The translations under genes were made by a program, and so were the position numbers. The notes under the pieces were generated by a model that saw only the letters and a program-made list of their open reading frames with translations, was not told the DNA's origin and ran no database searches. 64,000 nt of DNA from Lytechinus pictus. Taxonomy: Eukaryota. The DNA lies in assembly GCF_037042905.1 (NCBI RefSeq), contig NC_087259.1, positions 15,872,001 to 15,936,000 of the forward strand, in the 5' to 3' direction. Below are positions 13,002 to 25,575 of the stretch, one piece after another (the first letter of the stretch is position 1; each line of letters begins with the position of its first letter).

Positions 13002-13266
13002 GGGCCTCGTCTTTCAAATAGTTACGATTGATCCAATCAATCGTAACTATGAAAATCCATCAGTTTCATAATTTTTTCTGCAGGAAATTTGCACAATGTC
13101 CTTTGTAAACACAGGAGAAACACACCAAATTGTCAAAAAGTTAATGAATTTATGAATATACATCATATCTAGTAAAATTTTTGAACAAACATGCATTTTC
13201 TATGTTGACTCTGTTGGCTTTCCATAGTTGTGGTTAATTGGATCAATCGCAAGTCTGACAGGCCCC
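13002..13266 (+). mobile_element. ~275-bp MITE family A, copy 1 (degenerate)
   Basis: Homologous to the copies at 15488, 20677 and 28106; GG(G)CCC-type termini. Confidence 0.8.
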
Positions 13267-13379
13267 AGGTATACAACCTGCAGACAGTGTATGTAGATTA
13301 TCTGATAGCCATTATCTTAAAAAATTGCAAGGACTAGTATCAGATAATGAAGTTTTATTATTGTTGACTATTAGCACAA

Positions 13380-13890
13380 GTGGATGTTAAACCAAACGGC
13401 AAATAGACCAAAGTTATACACGTAGCCGTCATGGTGTTAAATGATCGAGCATAACCCAAACTGGTAGTAGACCATGCGCTGATTGGACCAAATTGACAGT
13501 AGACCAAATATTTTATTGGTAATGTAATGTACATGCAGTAATGGACAATATGTGAGTTAGACCAAAGGCTATTAGACTAAATGGTGATTGTACATGTACA
13601 TGTACCTAAGGGCAACGTGACCAACACCTGTATAGGTGTTATAACCAGGATGAAGTAGTAGACCAAGTGATAATTGGGCCAATTGGCTATTCTACTACAT
13701 TGAGAGTAAATCAATGGATTTAGTGATTGGGCTTTGTATCAATAGATGATCTGTGGAATAGGTATAGGCCAAGTGGTAATTGGACCCCAAAATTGGACCA
13801 AATTGCAATATGACCAACAGAGCTCTATATTAAGGGAGTACACTGTATGATCTGGAAGTAGACCAACTGAAAGTAGACCAAGTGGCTCTG
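13380..13890. repeat. Degenerate short-period repeat (agtagaccaa / ttggaccaa)
   Basis: The motif recurs many times. Related tracts lie at 19020-19210 and, inverted, at 18420-18600. Confidence 0.6.
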
Positions 13891-15487
13891 ATTATTTATC
13901 ATGAGGCCATCTACTTTTGCATAGATTTATAACATGGTGATTGCCTTTTGAACTTCATATTAATTTCTCACCGTATAATAGTCAAGTATACAAAAGGAAA
14001 TTACACATGGAACCCAAATGTGTACAGGCAAATGTTGGATGTGCATGTACATTTACTCGAATAGCAAAATTTTAACATTTTTCCCCATCTCATGCTTTTT
14101 TATCATGATGATAGTGGACCCTCGAAAACAATTGTATTCCCTTCCAGTATACATGAGATCTTTCAAGCAATGTATATTTTTATTGAGTTAATTAATGCTC
14201 AATTAATTAATTTTACTACAGAATAAAGCAGGCATTAGTAGAAATCTATAATAGACATGTTGTTACCTCAGCCACTCAAATTGCATTATCATTCGCTTGT
14301 AATCAGTATTTTGTAATGGACCATTTATTCTGATTATAGCTTATATTCAATACAAAAATATGCAGTATTAAGTAACAGAATGTTGTGGTAAATGTACAAC
14401 TTTTTGTATGTTTATCAGCTTGAAAATGGGTTATTATGAACAATAAAAAAAGTTGCTCCCCCCCTTTTTCAAAATACCATCATGTTTTAATGATATGAGT
14501 CATGAGGTCATAATGAAATATTCTGGGAGAGATGTCTTTGAAATCATTGATCAATTCCCGCGTGCAGATCAAATTAATCTGCCTACTCTTAATATACAAG
14601 AGGATGCATAAATGATGAAAATTGCATTTTTAAAATTCAAAAGGGTCATTTTGTAGAATTTGTCATTCCAAATGTTGACTACTCTCTTTTTGGTTTATGA
14701 TTGAAAAGCACAATTATTTATGCCCCCCCCTCTACTGGCACATGCTGAAGTTCAATGAGCTTAATTGAAAAAAATGCCAATCTTTCCTAAATTTTGAAAT
14801 TGTAAAATCCATTCAGTTGATCGCAGAAAAATGAAACTGGATATTTTTATCAGTAATCCTTTGTATCTAAAAAATTGTAGGGACATTAGACTGAGGTTAT
14901 AACACTTTCAAGGTTGATTCAAGCACACCTAATGCTTTGATTTTTGTAGTGTTATTTATTCCTTATCAAGGAATCCCTGTAACTCTGTGACAATTCTGCT
15001 GTTAATGCATTTTAATTCGGTGGATTAACAATATAGTGCACCTTCTATCGGTTGCAGCGAACAGGCAAAATTTCTAACTTTGGGGTCGACATCGCGCACA
15101 GGCCCATGCAGCGCGTAGTGCTAGTACTTCAAAAATGAAAACCAAATGCCACCATTTCACCAAAAACAGTCTAAATTTTGCAAAGAAATATGCGGGCAAT
15201 TTCTCTCCTACCTCCTGGACCCAAGTAAATAGCATGTCCGGTCGAGCCGCGTCGGCCAGCGCTGAATAATCGCATGTATGCATTCACTTTAGTACTAGCG
15301 TGCTTAACAGATAGATGGCGCACCGTATTGTGAAGCCACCAAATTCATGCATAAATGTAATGGATTACTGAGACTTTTACACAGAAGGTAGTCAGGGGGG
15401 GTGAGTGAGTCAGGCCTTTGACATTATAGCAACTGATCATGAGGCGGATTTATACAATTAATTGCATTGCTCATTGTATATGACCTC

Positions 15488-15765
15488 GGTCCCGTCTTAC
15501 AAAGAGTTACGATTGATCCGATCAATCTCAAGTACATGTATATAGGGAAATCCAGCGATGTCATAATTTTTTTCGTTAGGAAATTTGCTCAATGTCCTTT
15601 AAAAACAAATAAAGCACACTGAATTGTCAAGAAATCAGTAAATGTATGACTATACATCAAATCTTGAATGTATTTGAAGGAACATGTATTTTAGATGTTG
15701 ACGTTGCTGGCTATCCATAGTTGTGATTGATTGGATCAGTTATAACTCTTTGTAAGACGGGGCCC
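15488..15765 (+). mobile_element. MITE family A, copy 2
   Basis: TIR ccgtcttacaaagagtta / taactctttgtaagacgg. Confidence 0.88.
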
Positions 15766-17204
15766 AGTTGTAAAATCTGTGTCATGATCACTTGCTTACT
15801 AAGAGTTTTATGTTACATGGCACACAGGAACACAATACTACCACAATATATTCTAATCATTTTATTAAAAGCCTACATGTACGTGTAATGGTATTTTTGA
15901 AAGAGGGTTGACCTTTTATTGAACATTGTTTGAATTTTCATTCAATGTAGTATACATGTAAGTGGCAAAGTGGATGATATATATATTTTTCTATTGTGTA
16001 CACAATCATAGCAATCAGTGGAATGTGTGTGGAATATTGATATGGATATTAAACCACAGAGAAGACAGTGATGTTGTTTTTGTAATTACTGTTTTTTATT
16101 TGACCTATAAGTGTAGGACATATGCATGTATTGAGATACATGTACCATTGATATTGTTCAATTTTCTGGTGTAACGTAACGTTTGTAAATGACATACCTT
16201 TGTTCATGTAAGCTATTGGTAAAATGATCATACTAACATGTCATGGCATACATAAGGTTCTGTTGGAATGAGAGAGAGAGAAAGAGACAGACAGACAGAG
16301 GGCAATCAGGGAGAGAGAGGGGGAGAGAGAGAGAGGTTTGCGTGGAAGAGGGGGTAGATAAATACAAATTCAAAATAAAGAGCTATAAGAAAAAGAAAGG
16401 AAAAGAAAGAAGGAAAGGAAATAAACATTTGAAAGTTATGAATAATATGAGAAAAAAGGAACGGCAAGAAAGATAAGGAAACAGAGGAAGGATGATAGAA
16501 AGAGAAAGAAAAGAAAGTGGTGATGGATAAGAGAAAGAAAGGAAAATGGAAGTATTGTAGAAATGTAACAAAAATGAAGGAAAGATGGATATAAAAGAAA
16601 GAAAAAACTAATTACAAGAAAGAATGAATGAAGGAAAGAGTAATTTGTTTTAACTCCCTTTTCATGGTGATTGATTTTGCCACAAGTTGAACATATCTCA
16701 TGAACTCTATCATGAGTGTAAGGAGGGGCAATAATCATTAACCCCTGCCCCTAAAAAAAGCAAATTAAATTTTGAAACCATATTCTACCCTCCTTCATTA
16801 AAATATTTAATCTGAAGCTGCCATTTTCCAAGATTTATCAGATATTAAGATTTTTATGGGGATTCAGTTGATTTGTCTCGCATTAGAAAATTCCTATTGC
16901 TGATTACGATAACAAATAAGCAAATTTCAACATATCACAAAGGGATTACAAGTAGAGGCAATACTAGTAGTCGACCCTTATTAAAAAATATCCTAGATTA
17001 AAAGTTGTATTTGAACCCCTACCTTGCCCAACCCCACCCCATCAAAAAAGAAAATAGGTAAATAAAATTTATTTGAAAAATATGCATGTAACCAAACACT
17101 AGTTAAACTCAACTTACAGTGAACTTGCTGAATATATTTCTGTTACAAAAACACATGATGAATACGTTTATGTTTATTCATCTCTCTCTTTTCTTGCTTT
17201 CTAG

Positions 17205-20200
17205 TCGGTGACACTCCACACAGATGTTGGTGATATCAAGATAGAGTTATTTTGTGATCAGGTGCCCAGGACTTGTGAGAACTTCTTAGCATTGTGTGCC
17301 AGCGATTACTACAATGACTGTCTCTTTCACAGGTAAAGTACCTACATGTATGTGGTCTTGATATTTCAGAAAAGTTAAAGCAGTCCTTCGCTTTTCAATT
17401 TTAAAGCCTGTTTTTTAGTTTTGGGAAATGCCCAAGTAGTTCATGTGCCATTATTCCAGTCAATTATGATATATATGAATGGGCATGCCCTAAAACAGAT
17501 CTGGCGCCTGTTGCATAAAAGAAAAACTCTGGCAATTTTTTTTTGCCAGAGTTTTTCAATGTGATATTGTCAATGGCACAATTTTGTCTGCCAGAGTTTT
17601 TTATGGCACAAGTTTTATGCAACAGGACCCTGATAAGGAGGTTTGATCTAATAAAATGTTTTACTGCTTAAATTTTGCGATATTACATTAATATAGTACA
17701 TGAATATTTTGAATGGGTGCCATTCAAAAGGCTTGTACCGCCGAGTTGGATGAAATCACGTTGAGTTATGGGGAGCCCACCCTTTTGTCCAAAGCCTCCC
17801 CCCCACCCTGGTTTTGCCGAAATGGTGCATTGGGACTTTCTTTGAGATTCTGATTAGTTTCACTGAGTTTTTTTATTTATATAATTTTCAATCAGCCATT
17901 TCAAATAGGGCATCATCCGGATCAGCTTATTACCACTTGGTCTACAGCCAGTTAGTCTAATAGACAGTTGGTCTAACATTTTTATTATTATTATCATCAT
18001 TACTATTATCATTATTATTATTGGATTATTATAGTAGATTGCGAGACAAATGAATACCCTCTAGCGATTATTTCAGTCCGCAATAATGAACCTATTTAGT
18101 ATTATTATTATTATTGTTATTAGTAAAAGTATTATTATTAAAATTGTTGTCATTGTTGTTGTTATGAGGAAAATCAATTTTCAATGTCATACCATCCTCT
18201 CACTATTGCAAAAGCGAACTAACCAAGCAAGAGCACTTCTTGATATTTATTTTGCTATTTGTTTTCTTTTTTTCCTAGAAATATCCCAGGCTTCATGGTA
18301 CAGACGGGGGATCCAACAGGAACCGGGAAGGGTGGAACTAGCTGCTGGGGAAAGAAACTTGAAGATGAACTCGATGATGATTTAAAGGTTAGTTAATAGC
18401 CAAACAGAGAACATTTGCTATATTGCCACTTGGTCATCACCCACTTAGTCTACTTTCAGTTCGGTCCCATCCTACGTGGTCTAATCTCAGTTCCTCTACA
18501 ACCAATTTGTCTACTAGAACCATTTGGTGTAATTGCCATTTCGCCCATTTACCATTTTGTCTAATTCCAGTATTACTATATCTATCTTATCCCCAATCAC
18601 CTGGTATACCACAAATTTGTGTATATAGGCTGTGATGCACCAGCCCGAGTTTGCTCAATCTCGAGATTTTAGCACGATCAGCCCTCTTCGCGATTAATCT
18701 CGAGATTCAAGAAACCTCATCTCCTCCAGTGCAAGAAGAGCAATTCGTGCTCAAGCGAGGCATCGATGCATTGTAGTCTGACGCCGTGAATGACTAATCT
18801 CGAATGTGTCTGCACCTGTGAATTAGCGGGATAATTTGAAAATAGCACGCTATTTTGAAAATAATCCCAAGTTGACTGAGGATTGCAATCTTGAGATTAA
18901 TCCAGCGAACTATCACGATGATCGCATCTCCATTACAAATAATCTCGAGACTGGATAATTTGCCGGATCAGAAATAGCGTGATTATTTGAAAACTCGGGC
19001 TGGTGCAGACTGCCCTCATGATTAGCTAAACTGTTTATGAACCAAATTTTCATTTGACAAAGTGAAAAATAATAAGCAGACTAAGTGGACTTTAGATCAT
19101 TTGGGCTTTAGACATGATGATAATTAGACTATAAGTAGGCATTAGGCCAAGTGTAGTGTCAACTGAACAGCAATTGGACCAAACTGGTAGTAGACCAAAT
19201 GGGTCTTGCCCATGTGGTATCTTGATTGTTGATCCTTTTTTGACAATTTCTTCCAAAATTTAATCTGTACCAGAATTTATTTTTTATAAAATTTGGATGT
19301 AAAGATCAATCAACAGATTTCAGAAATTTAATAGATGAGTATAATTTCAGGTTACTTGGTGAAGGTCAAAGGTCATTTCAGATCAATTAACTCTGATTGA
19401 TATTTTATTCATTATTTAAAAAATACTTAAGAATGCTAAAATAATAAAAAACATTAACACATTTTAAAAATACTAATCAAACTACATGAAACACAGATAT
19501 TGTTATTTGATATGAAAAATAGTATAACATGAATAACAAGTTTGTCAGTCAAGGTACATGTGAAAGGTCATTGAGGTCCACAAACTTAGTATTTCATTAT
19601 CCAAATTAATGTTATTTTCTCCCCTTTCTTAAGAATAAAAATAATCATCTTAGTTGCTGTCAAAGTCAGCACTGCTGCTATGTTGAATCGTGTAATGCAG
19701 ACGAGCCTGCCAGAGGCATTCCATTTGTTTCGTATTATCTCTCCATGTCCCTTGTTTTTATCTTCCAGCATAATATACGAGGGGTCGTTTCCATGGCGAA
19801 CAATGGACCAAATACCATTGGGTCACAATTCTTCATCACGTATGGAAAGCAGCCTCATCTTGACATGAAATACACCATCATTGGAAAGTAAGAAAATCTT
19901 AATGATTTTTTGTTTTCATTTTATTTATTTGTTTTTCATAATCTTTTGGACCTGATATTACCATCGTGATATGATGAATAGTGACCCATATTTATCAAAT
20001 TACAAAGCATTATTGAAATAAATATAGAAGAAAGTTCTCACAACTAATTAAATATGAAGTAATACATTTCTTAAATCTATCCATGTTGGGAGCTAAAGGA
20101 AATATGTTGGGAGAAGTGAGTTTGAATCATCTACAGTATGTCGATTGATGCAGATATATTTTCAATATTTCTTATATGTATATACTTGAATGTTAAATAT

Positions 20201-20448
20201 CTAATTTATACACTAATAATATGAACATTTCCAATATTCATCACCCCTTTCATTTTGTATCAAAGTCATATGTAATAATGATTCTTTCTTTGTCTGTAAT
20301 TCTATTTGTCAGAGTCATTGATGGCCTAGAGACTTTGGACGAGCTTGAGAAGTTAAGAATCAACGAGAAAAACTTCCGACCTCTGACAGAATGTAGAATC
20401 AAGACAGTTACAATACATGCCAACCCCATAGCTGATGACGCATCATAG
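17205..20448 (+). CDS. PPIL3: Peptidyl-prolyl cis-trans isomerase-like 3 (cyclophilin); start-codon exon not found in window
   Basis: GT-AG exons 17205-17332, 18279-18387, 19769-19887 and 20313-20448 join in phase: (M)[62 protein letters not shown]...[54 protein letters not shown]...[11 protein letters not shown] (164 aa with Met), matching PPIL3. AATAAA at 20539-20544. Confidence 0.95.
18628..19014. mobile_element. MITE in PPIL3 intron
   Basis: TIR tgcaccagcccgagttt / aaactcgggctggtgca; internal atctcgagat repeats. Confidence 0.8.
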
Positions 20449-20676
20449 CGTCTCATTCTGTAGTGTTAAAAGGTATTGGATAAAATTCTTAAGGTATTAT
20501 TTTGAAAAAGTGTTGTATTTACTGTTGTTCATATAAAAAATAAAAAAAAACAACAACCAGGAAGATTCAGACACTTTAAAGATATCTGTGACTGAATAAT
20601 CATCATTTTATTAATCCCCTGTGGAGACTAATGTACCACATATCAGTATATGGAATAAAGTTTGGATGGTGTTTCA

Positions 20677-20956
20677 GGGTACCGTCTTACAAAGAGTTAG
20701 GATTAATCCAATCAACCTCAACTATATGGAAATTCATCTGTGTCAATTTTTTTCTACAGGAAATTTGCACAATGTCCTATGTAAACAAAGAGGAGCACAC
20801 TGAATTTTCAAGAAAATGATGGATGTATGAATATACATCATATTTAGAAAATATTTAAACAAACATCATGAAACATGTATTTTAGATGTTAACGTAGCTG
20901 GCTTTCCATAGTTGTGGTCGATTGTAACAATTGCAACTATTTGTAAGACAAGGCCC
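20677..20956 (+). mobile_element. MITE family A, copy 3 (just 3' of PPIL3)
   Basis: Same TIR and internal sequence (ggaaatttgcacaatgtcc). Confidence 0.85.
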
Positions 20957-20960
20957 TTGT

Positions 20961-21212
20961 CACTGGTCGTGTGGTTAGAGCATTGGACTCATAATCGCAA
21001 GGTTGTGAGTTCCAATCCCGACTCTATCATTGTCTCCACTTTCATAAAAAGACAGAGAGTAATATCTGTCGTCTATAACGTCAGCCACTATGACTGATTA
21101 ACCTAGACGTAAAATGTTTCCTAGGTAATTGGTTATATACCAGCTTGGCATTTACCAGCAATTAAAGCTGCCCTGCGGAGTTCCTACGGGAGTTACCATC
21201 AACAGAAACTTT
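20961..21212 (+). mobile_element. tRNA-derived SINE (tRNA-Met-like head)
   Basis: gtggttagagcattggactcataatcgcaaggttgtgagttccaatccc contains D-arm, CAT anticodon loop and T-arm remnants but no paired acceptor stem, and continues into a non-tRNA body. Confidence 0.65.
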
Positions 21213-21806
21213 ATTTTCACCTTTTTGAAGCACTAAATAATGATTTTCAGGTGCAATTTTCGCAGGGCTTCACTTTTACAACATATCACAGACACAGGTG
21301 ATAAGTTAGTACTTGCAGCTCATGCTTTTAAGAATCAAATCAATCTTAACTGATGCCTTTAATGAATATTACATTTTTATTTTAGATGTCTAAAATACGG
21401 CGAGAACCTGTGAAATGTGTATAAAGACAATCTCAAAGGTACTAGAAAAGTGGCCTTTTATTCACAGAAACATTACTTTCAGATTAGCAGTTTTTATTCG
21501 GGAACGGCACTGCATTTTTGTTTTTCACTTACATATCATGCTCCTTGTATAATCGCAGGGATCCCAGCTAATCAGGGAAGTCTGTGAAAATTATTTTACC
21601 ATTTTTTCCAGTCATGGAAAAGTGAGGGAATTTGGTAAAAATGACTCGAATTAGGGAAAAGTCTGGGGATTTTGATCCTCTTCAAAAGTGTAGAACAAGC
21701 TTGTAGACAGAATGTGGAAACAAGACCATGAGTGGGACAAGATAATGAAAAGAAAGTGTCTCCTAAAGATTGGTCTAATTGTGAGTTGTTTGGTTTACTT
21801 TTTCAT

Positions 21807-22981
21807 CAGGGTTGTTTGATTTAAATCATGTCGATTTAAATCATGATTTAAATCGCGATTTAAATCACTTGATTTTTTTCAAAAAAATCACTGATTTAAA
21901 TCAACTTTTATGAAAAAAATTATTTTTCTCTATTTTCTCTTCTTCTTAACAGATACTTTAAATGTAATCATTTTCATTTCTGTTCCACATGCTTTAGAGA
22001 TACTTTAAAAGAATGATACACCCTCATGGAGTCTGATTTAACACCACTGTTTTATTTTCAAATTGTAAAACAAGCAAAACTGATGAAAACAACAAGTTTC
22101 TAACGAAGTAATGATAAATAACTCTCTGTATGTACACCAAACTGTTAAATCTTCAATAAAATAATATATAAAATCTACAAAGGTGCTCAAAGTCCACAAC
22201 TTGGATACTTTTACAAAACAGCTGAACTACTTATATGTACCTCCTTCTTGTTACTATTAATACCCATTCTTTCAATTACTTAAGTTGAAGGCATATGTGT
22301 ACATTTGATAAGAATTACATGTATTTTTGCATGCTTGTGTATTTTCTTTTCTTATACATTCAATTACACAATTTCAAAGTACACATGTATACTTAATAAG
22401 TAAGAATTTAAAAATGGGAAAGTTGCTGGGCAAGTGTTACTGTATGCAGCAATACAACTGCTGTGCTTGCTTGTTCATGTAATAGTTTGAAAAAACAGCA
22501 CATCAATGATGTGGTGGACAGTGGTGCTTATCCTACAGGCCTTTAATAATGTCAATTTTGTTAGAAATTCTCAAGTTCTTTGAGTACTTCATGCATTGGA
22601 GTAACACTTCTGATGTTTTGAACTGACTGATATAAAAATTTCAAGAGTTTAAATGTATACATAATACATAACATTACTTGGGCTTCCATAAAATGTACCT
22701 CTCTATAATGCAAATAAATAAAAAATAAATAAAAAAAATTACCTGTATATAAGTGGATTATTGTGTCAAATAGTACAATACACAATGTTCAAAAGACTAC
22801 TTGACCACTATTATTGGTGTAAAACAGTGTAAATATAGTTTAAAACTTGTTAAGTGTGACCATTTTTTTTCTTTGGAAAAAAATAAAAAAAATCTGATTT
22901 AAATCATAAAAATCCGATTTAAATCAAAATAATCCGATTTTTTTGATTTTTTTTAAAAAATCCAAAAAATCAACAACCCTG
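21807..22981. mobile_element. hAT-like non-autonomous element
   Basis: TIR cagggttgtt / aacaaccctg, exact 8-bp TSD tttttcat (21799-21806 and 22982-22989), and subterminal gatttaaatc repeats. Confidence 0.88.
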
Positions 22982-23566
22982 TTTTTCATGTAAAGACACA
23001 AAGAGCATTGAATTCAGTTGGGTAAGAAAGACAAAGTAGAAAAATTGTGGTATTCAATTCACATTTATTTCATTTTCAATTTTCAAAATAATATAATATA
23101 GATGAGATGAGGGTTATTAATAAATGGCAAGTAGCTCAAATTGGTACATGCCTCAGTGGTAGGGGACCACACTATAATCGAAGAAGGCTCATTAAATTTC
23201 TTCATTCTAGTTTGAGCGAAATTTATGAGAGCCTTCTTCAACTTTTCTTTGAATATATTTTGTAGTATTTTCTTTCCTTGATGGAAAACATATAAGTGTT
23301 TTAGCCACATATGTGATGGGTACAGCATCATATCAATCATTAGAGTGACTTTTCTTTAATTAGTTTGTTTATTATTTTCTTGTCTTGATGGAAAACATAT
23401 AATGTAAAGTGTTTTGGCCATGTATTTGATGCATGCAACATCATATAAATCATTACTGTGACAGATGAATAATGTATCAATTACCAATCTTTGTAATCTT
23501 AGACACTGAATAATTGAAACTCTTTAGCACCAGTCCCCATTGGGATTAACAACTATGACATCACAT

Positions 23567-23795
23567 TGGGTGATTTCAAGTTCGGTGTTGGTGTTGGAGG
23601 CGCATTTTGGATTGCGTTTCCTAGCTCCAAATCCTATTCTGAGTTAAAACAATCCAGATCACAATATTGACAGCTCAACACCTAGTGAGTGACTTTTCAG
23701 GACCATCTTCATTTTATGTTTGGTGTTATTCTCACAATGTAAAAATTGACCAAACACCAACACCAAGAGGTCAACACTGAACTTGAAATCACCCA
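23567..23795. mobile_element. MITE
   Basis: TIR tgggtgatttcaagttc / gaacttgaaatcaccca. Confidence 0.75.
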
Positions 23796-25575
23796 TTATC
23801 ATTCTATATATTCTCCAGTGTATTGATTTCATTCCTTTTACAGAGAAGTCTGTAACTGTGTATAGTGTACAATGTAAATAGAATGTAAATAAAGTTTTGT
23901 AGAAAGAATTGTTTTGTGTCTTTTGACGATTTGACCTGAAGATGACTATTTAACATGAGGTTACCTAGAAAAGCATAGAATAGCCATCGTTTTTCAACTT
24001 CAGTTAATTGTGCTTTGTTTACAAAAATAATTCTTGAAATAAAAATGCAAAAAGGATATTGAAAAGAAAAAAATGTGTGGAAGCTAGAATGAATGTGATT
24101 AAGGCTTAGAAGAGAAGGGAAAAGAGAGATAGAAAGAGAGAGGGGGGAGAGAATGGGAAGGTGATGTAGAAAGATTGAATGTGATTTGATTAAGCATAGA
24201 AGAAGAGTGAAAGAGAGACAGAGGAGAAAGAGAGAGATGGGAGGGGGTATACACAAATGAATGTAGAGAGAAGAGAAAAATAGTCGGGGAGAGACAAGAG
24301 GGAATCGGTGGTTGAGGGAGAATAAGTTTGAGAGAGAAACCGAGAGAGAAGGGGGAAAAGGGCGGATGTTCGCGAATGAAGTCGGAGGGAAGAGAGAGAG
24401 AAAAGCCAGAGACAGACGAGGAAACCAATTATTGAAGAGAGAAGGGGGGGTTCTTATATAATGCACAGGGAAGAGAAAAAAATGCCAGAGACAGAAAATA
24501 GGAAACGAATGGTTGAAAAGGGGAGAAAGGGGATGTTCGCAAATGAATGCTGATTGAAGAGAAAAAAATAGCTAGAGACAGAGGAGGGAACCAATTGTTG
24601 AAGAGAGGAGAAAAAGAGAGGGAAAATGGGTTTGAGAAAAGGAGAGGGAGCGGGAGAGAGAGATGGAGGGAGAGCGAAAGCTGGTTGTTGGTTGTTCTGC
24701 CAAATAAAAGAGCAGAGCTTTGTTACAAAGAGGAAGCGAAAGTGACAGATGAAGTACGAGAGAATGTCAAGATAAATCAATTGAAAGATGCAAGGGATTA
24801 GAATAAGAATGGCAGATATGAGAGATTGTGAGACTTTTTTTCTATATCATCATATTTATTTCGAAATTTCTCTCGACCATATAATAAAACATAACATAAA
24901 GTACTACTAGTATATACATAACATAAATAATACAACAAATTTATCAATTTACTTTCAAATGATACAAATTTATTACTTTTCACACAGATGTAATGTTCAA
25001 CAGAACGGTAATAATTGTGAGGGTTGTCGATAGAAAGATGAATACAGAGAGATAGATACGCAAAATGTAGTATTTATAAATGATAACATAACAGCACTGT
25101 ATTTTTCTTAGTGTAAAGATGTTTTTATACAACGAATTGAAATTTTATGTTATATTTTCAAGTTCGATCAATAACTTCTTTTAGATGTTAGAAAGTCAAA
25201 AAGTGGCCTGAGCTTTCGATCCTAGCAGAATCATAATCATACATGACAAACAAAAAATACAATGGTTACAAATTATCATATGTCAGAGTACTGGTTATGG
25301 CAATGTTTAATGAAGTGTAGAAAGGGCCGGGTGTTTCCAGTGAAGTATAAATGAGGCCGAAGACATTAGACAGAGTTGGTGCAATATAGCAGCATTTGAT
25401 GAATGATGGTATTGGAATACTAGATTATATCAAACAAAAAATATCTGTCTTTGGTATTCAGCCAATGTATACCATTTCCGACATATTTCAGTTTGTCTAT
25501 CAGTTCCGGATGATGGTCAGGAATAAAATTCGAAAATGTGAAACTCGGTCATCACCCTAACTCGGAGCCTTTTCC

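Noticed and set aside
15060-15340. CpG-rich patch as the PPIL3 promoter or ATG exon
   Set aside because: No ATG followed by a credible donor and it resembles repeat-internal sequence; not fully excluded without TSS data.
20961-21035. Possible tRNA-Met gene
   Set aside because: No paired acceptor stem, a degenerate T-loop, and it continues into a SINE-like body.
23804-24801. 220-aa and other ORFs in the purine-rich tract
   Set aside because: Low-complexity GA-rich sequence with internal duplication; the translations are L/S/F/P-biased with no domain.
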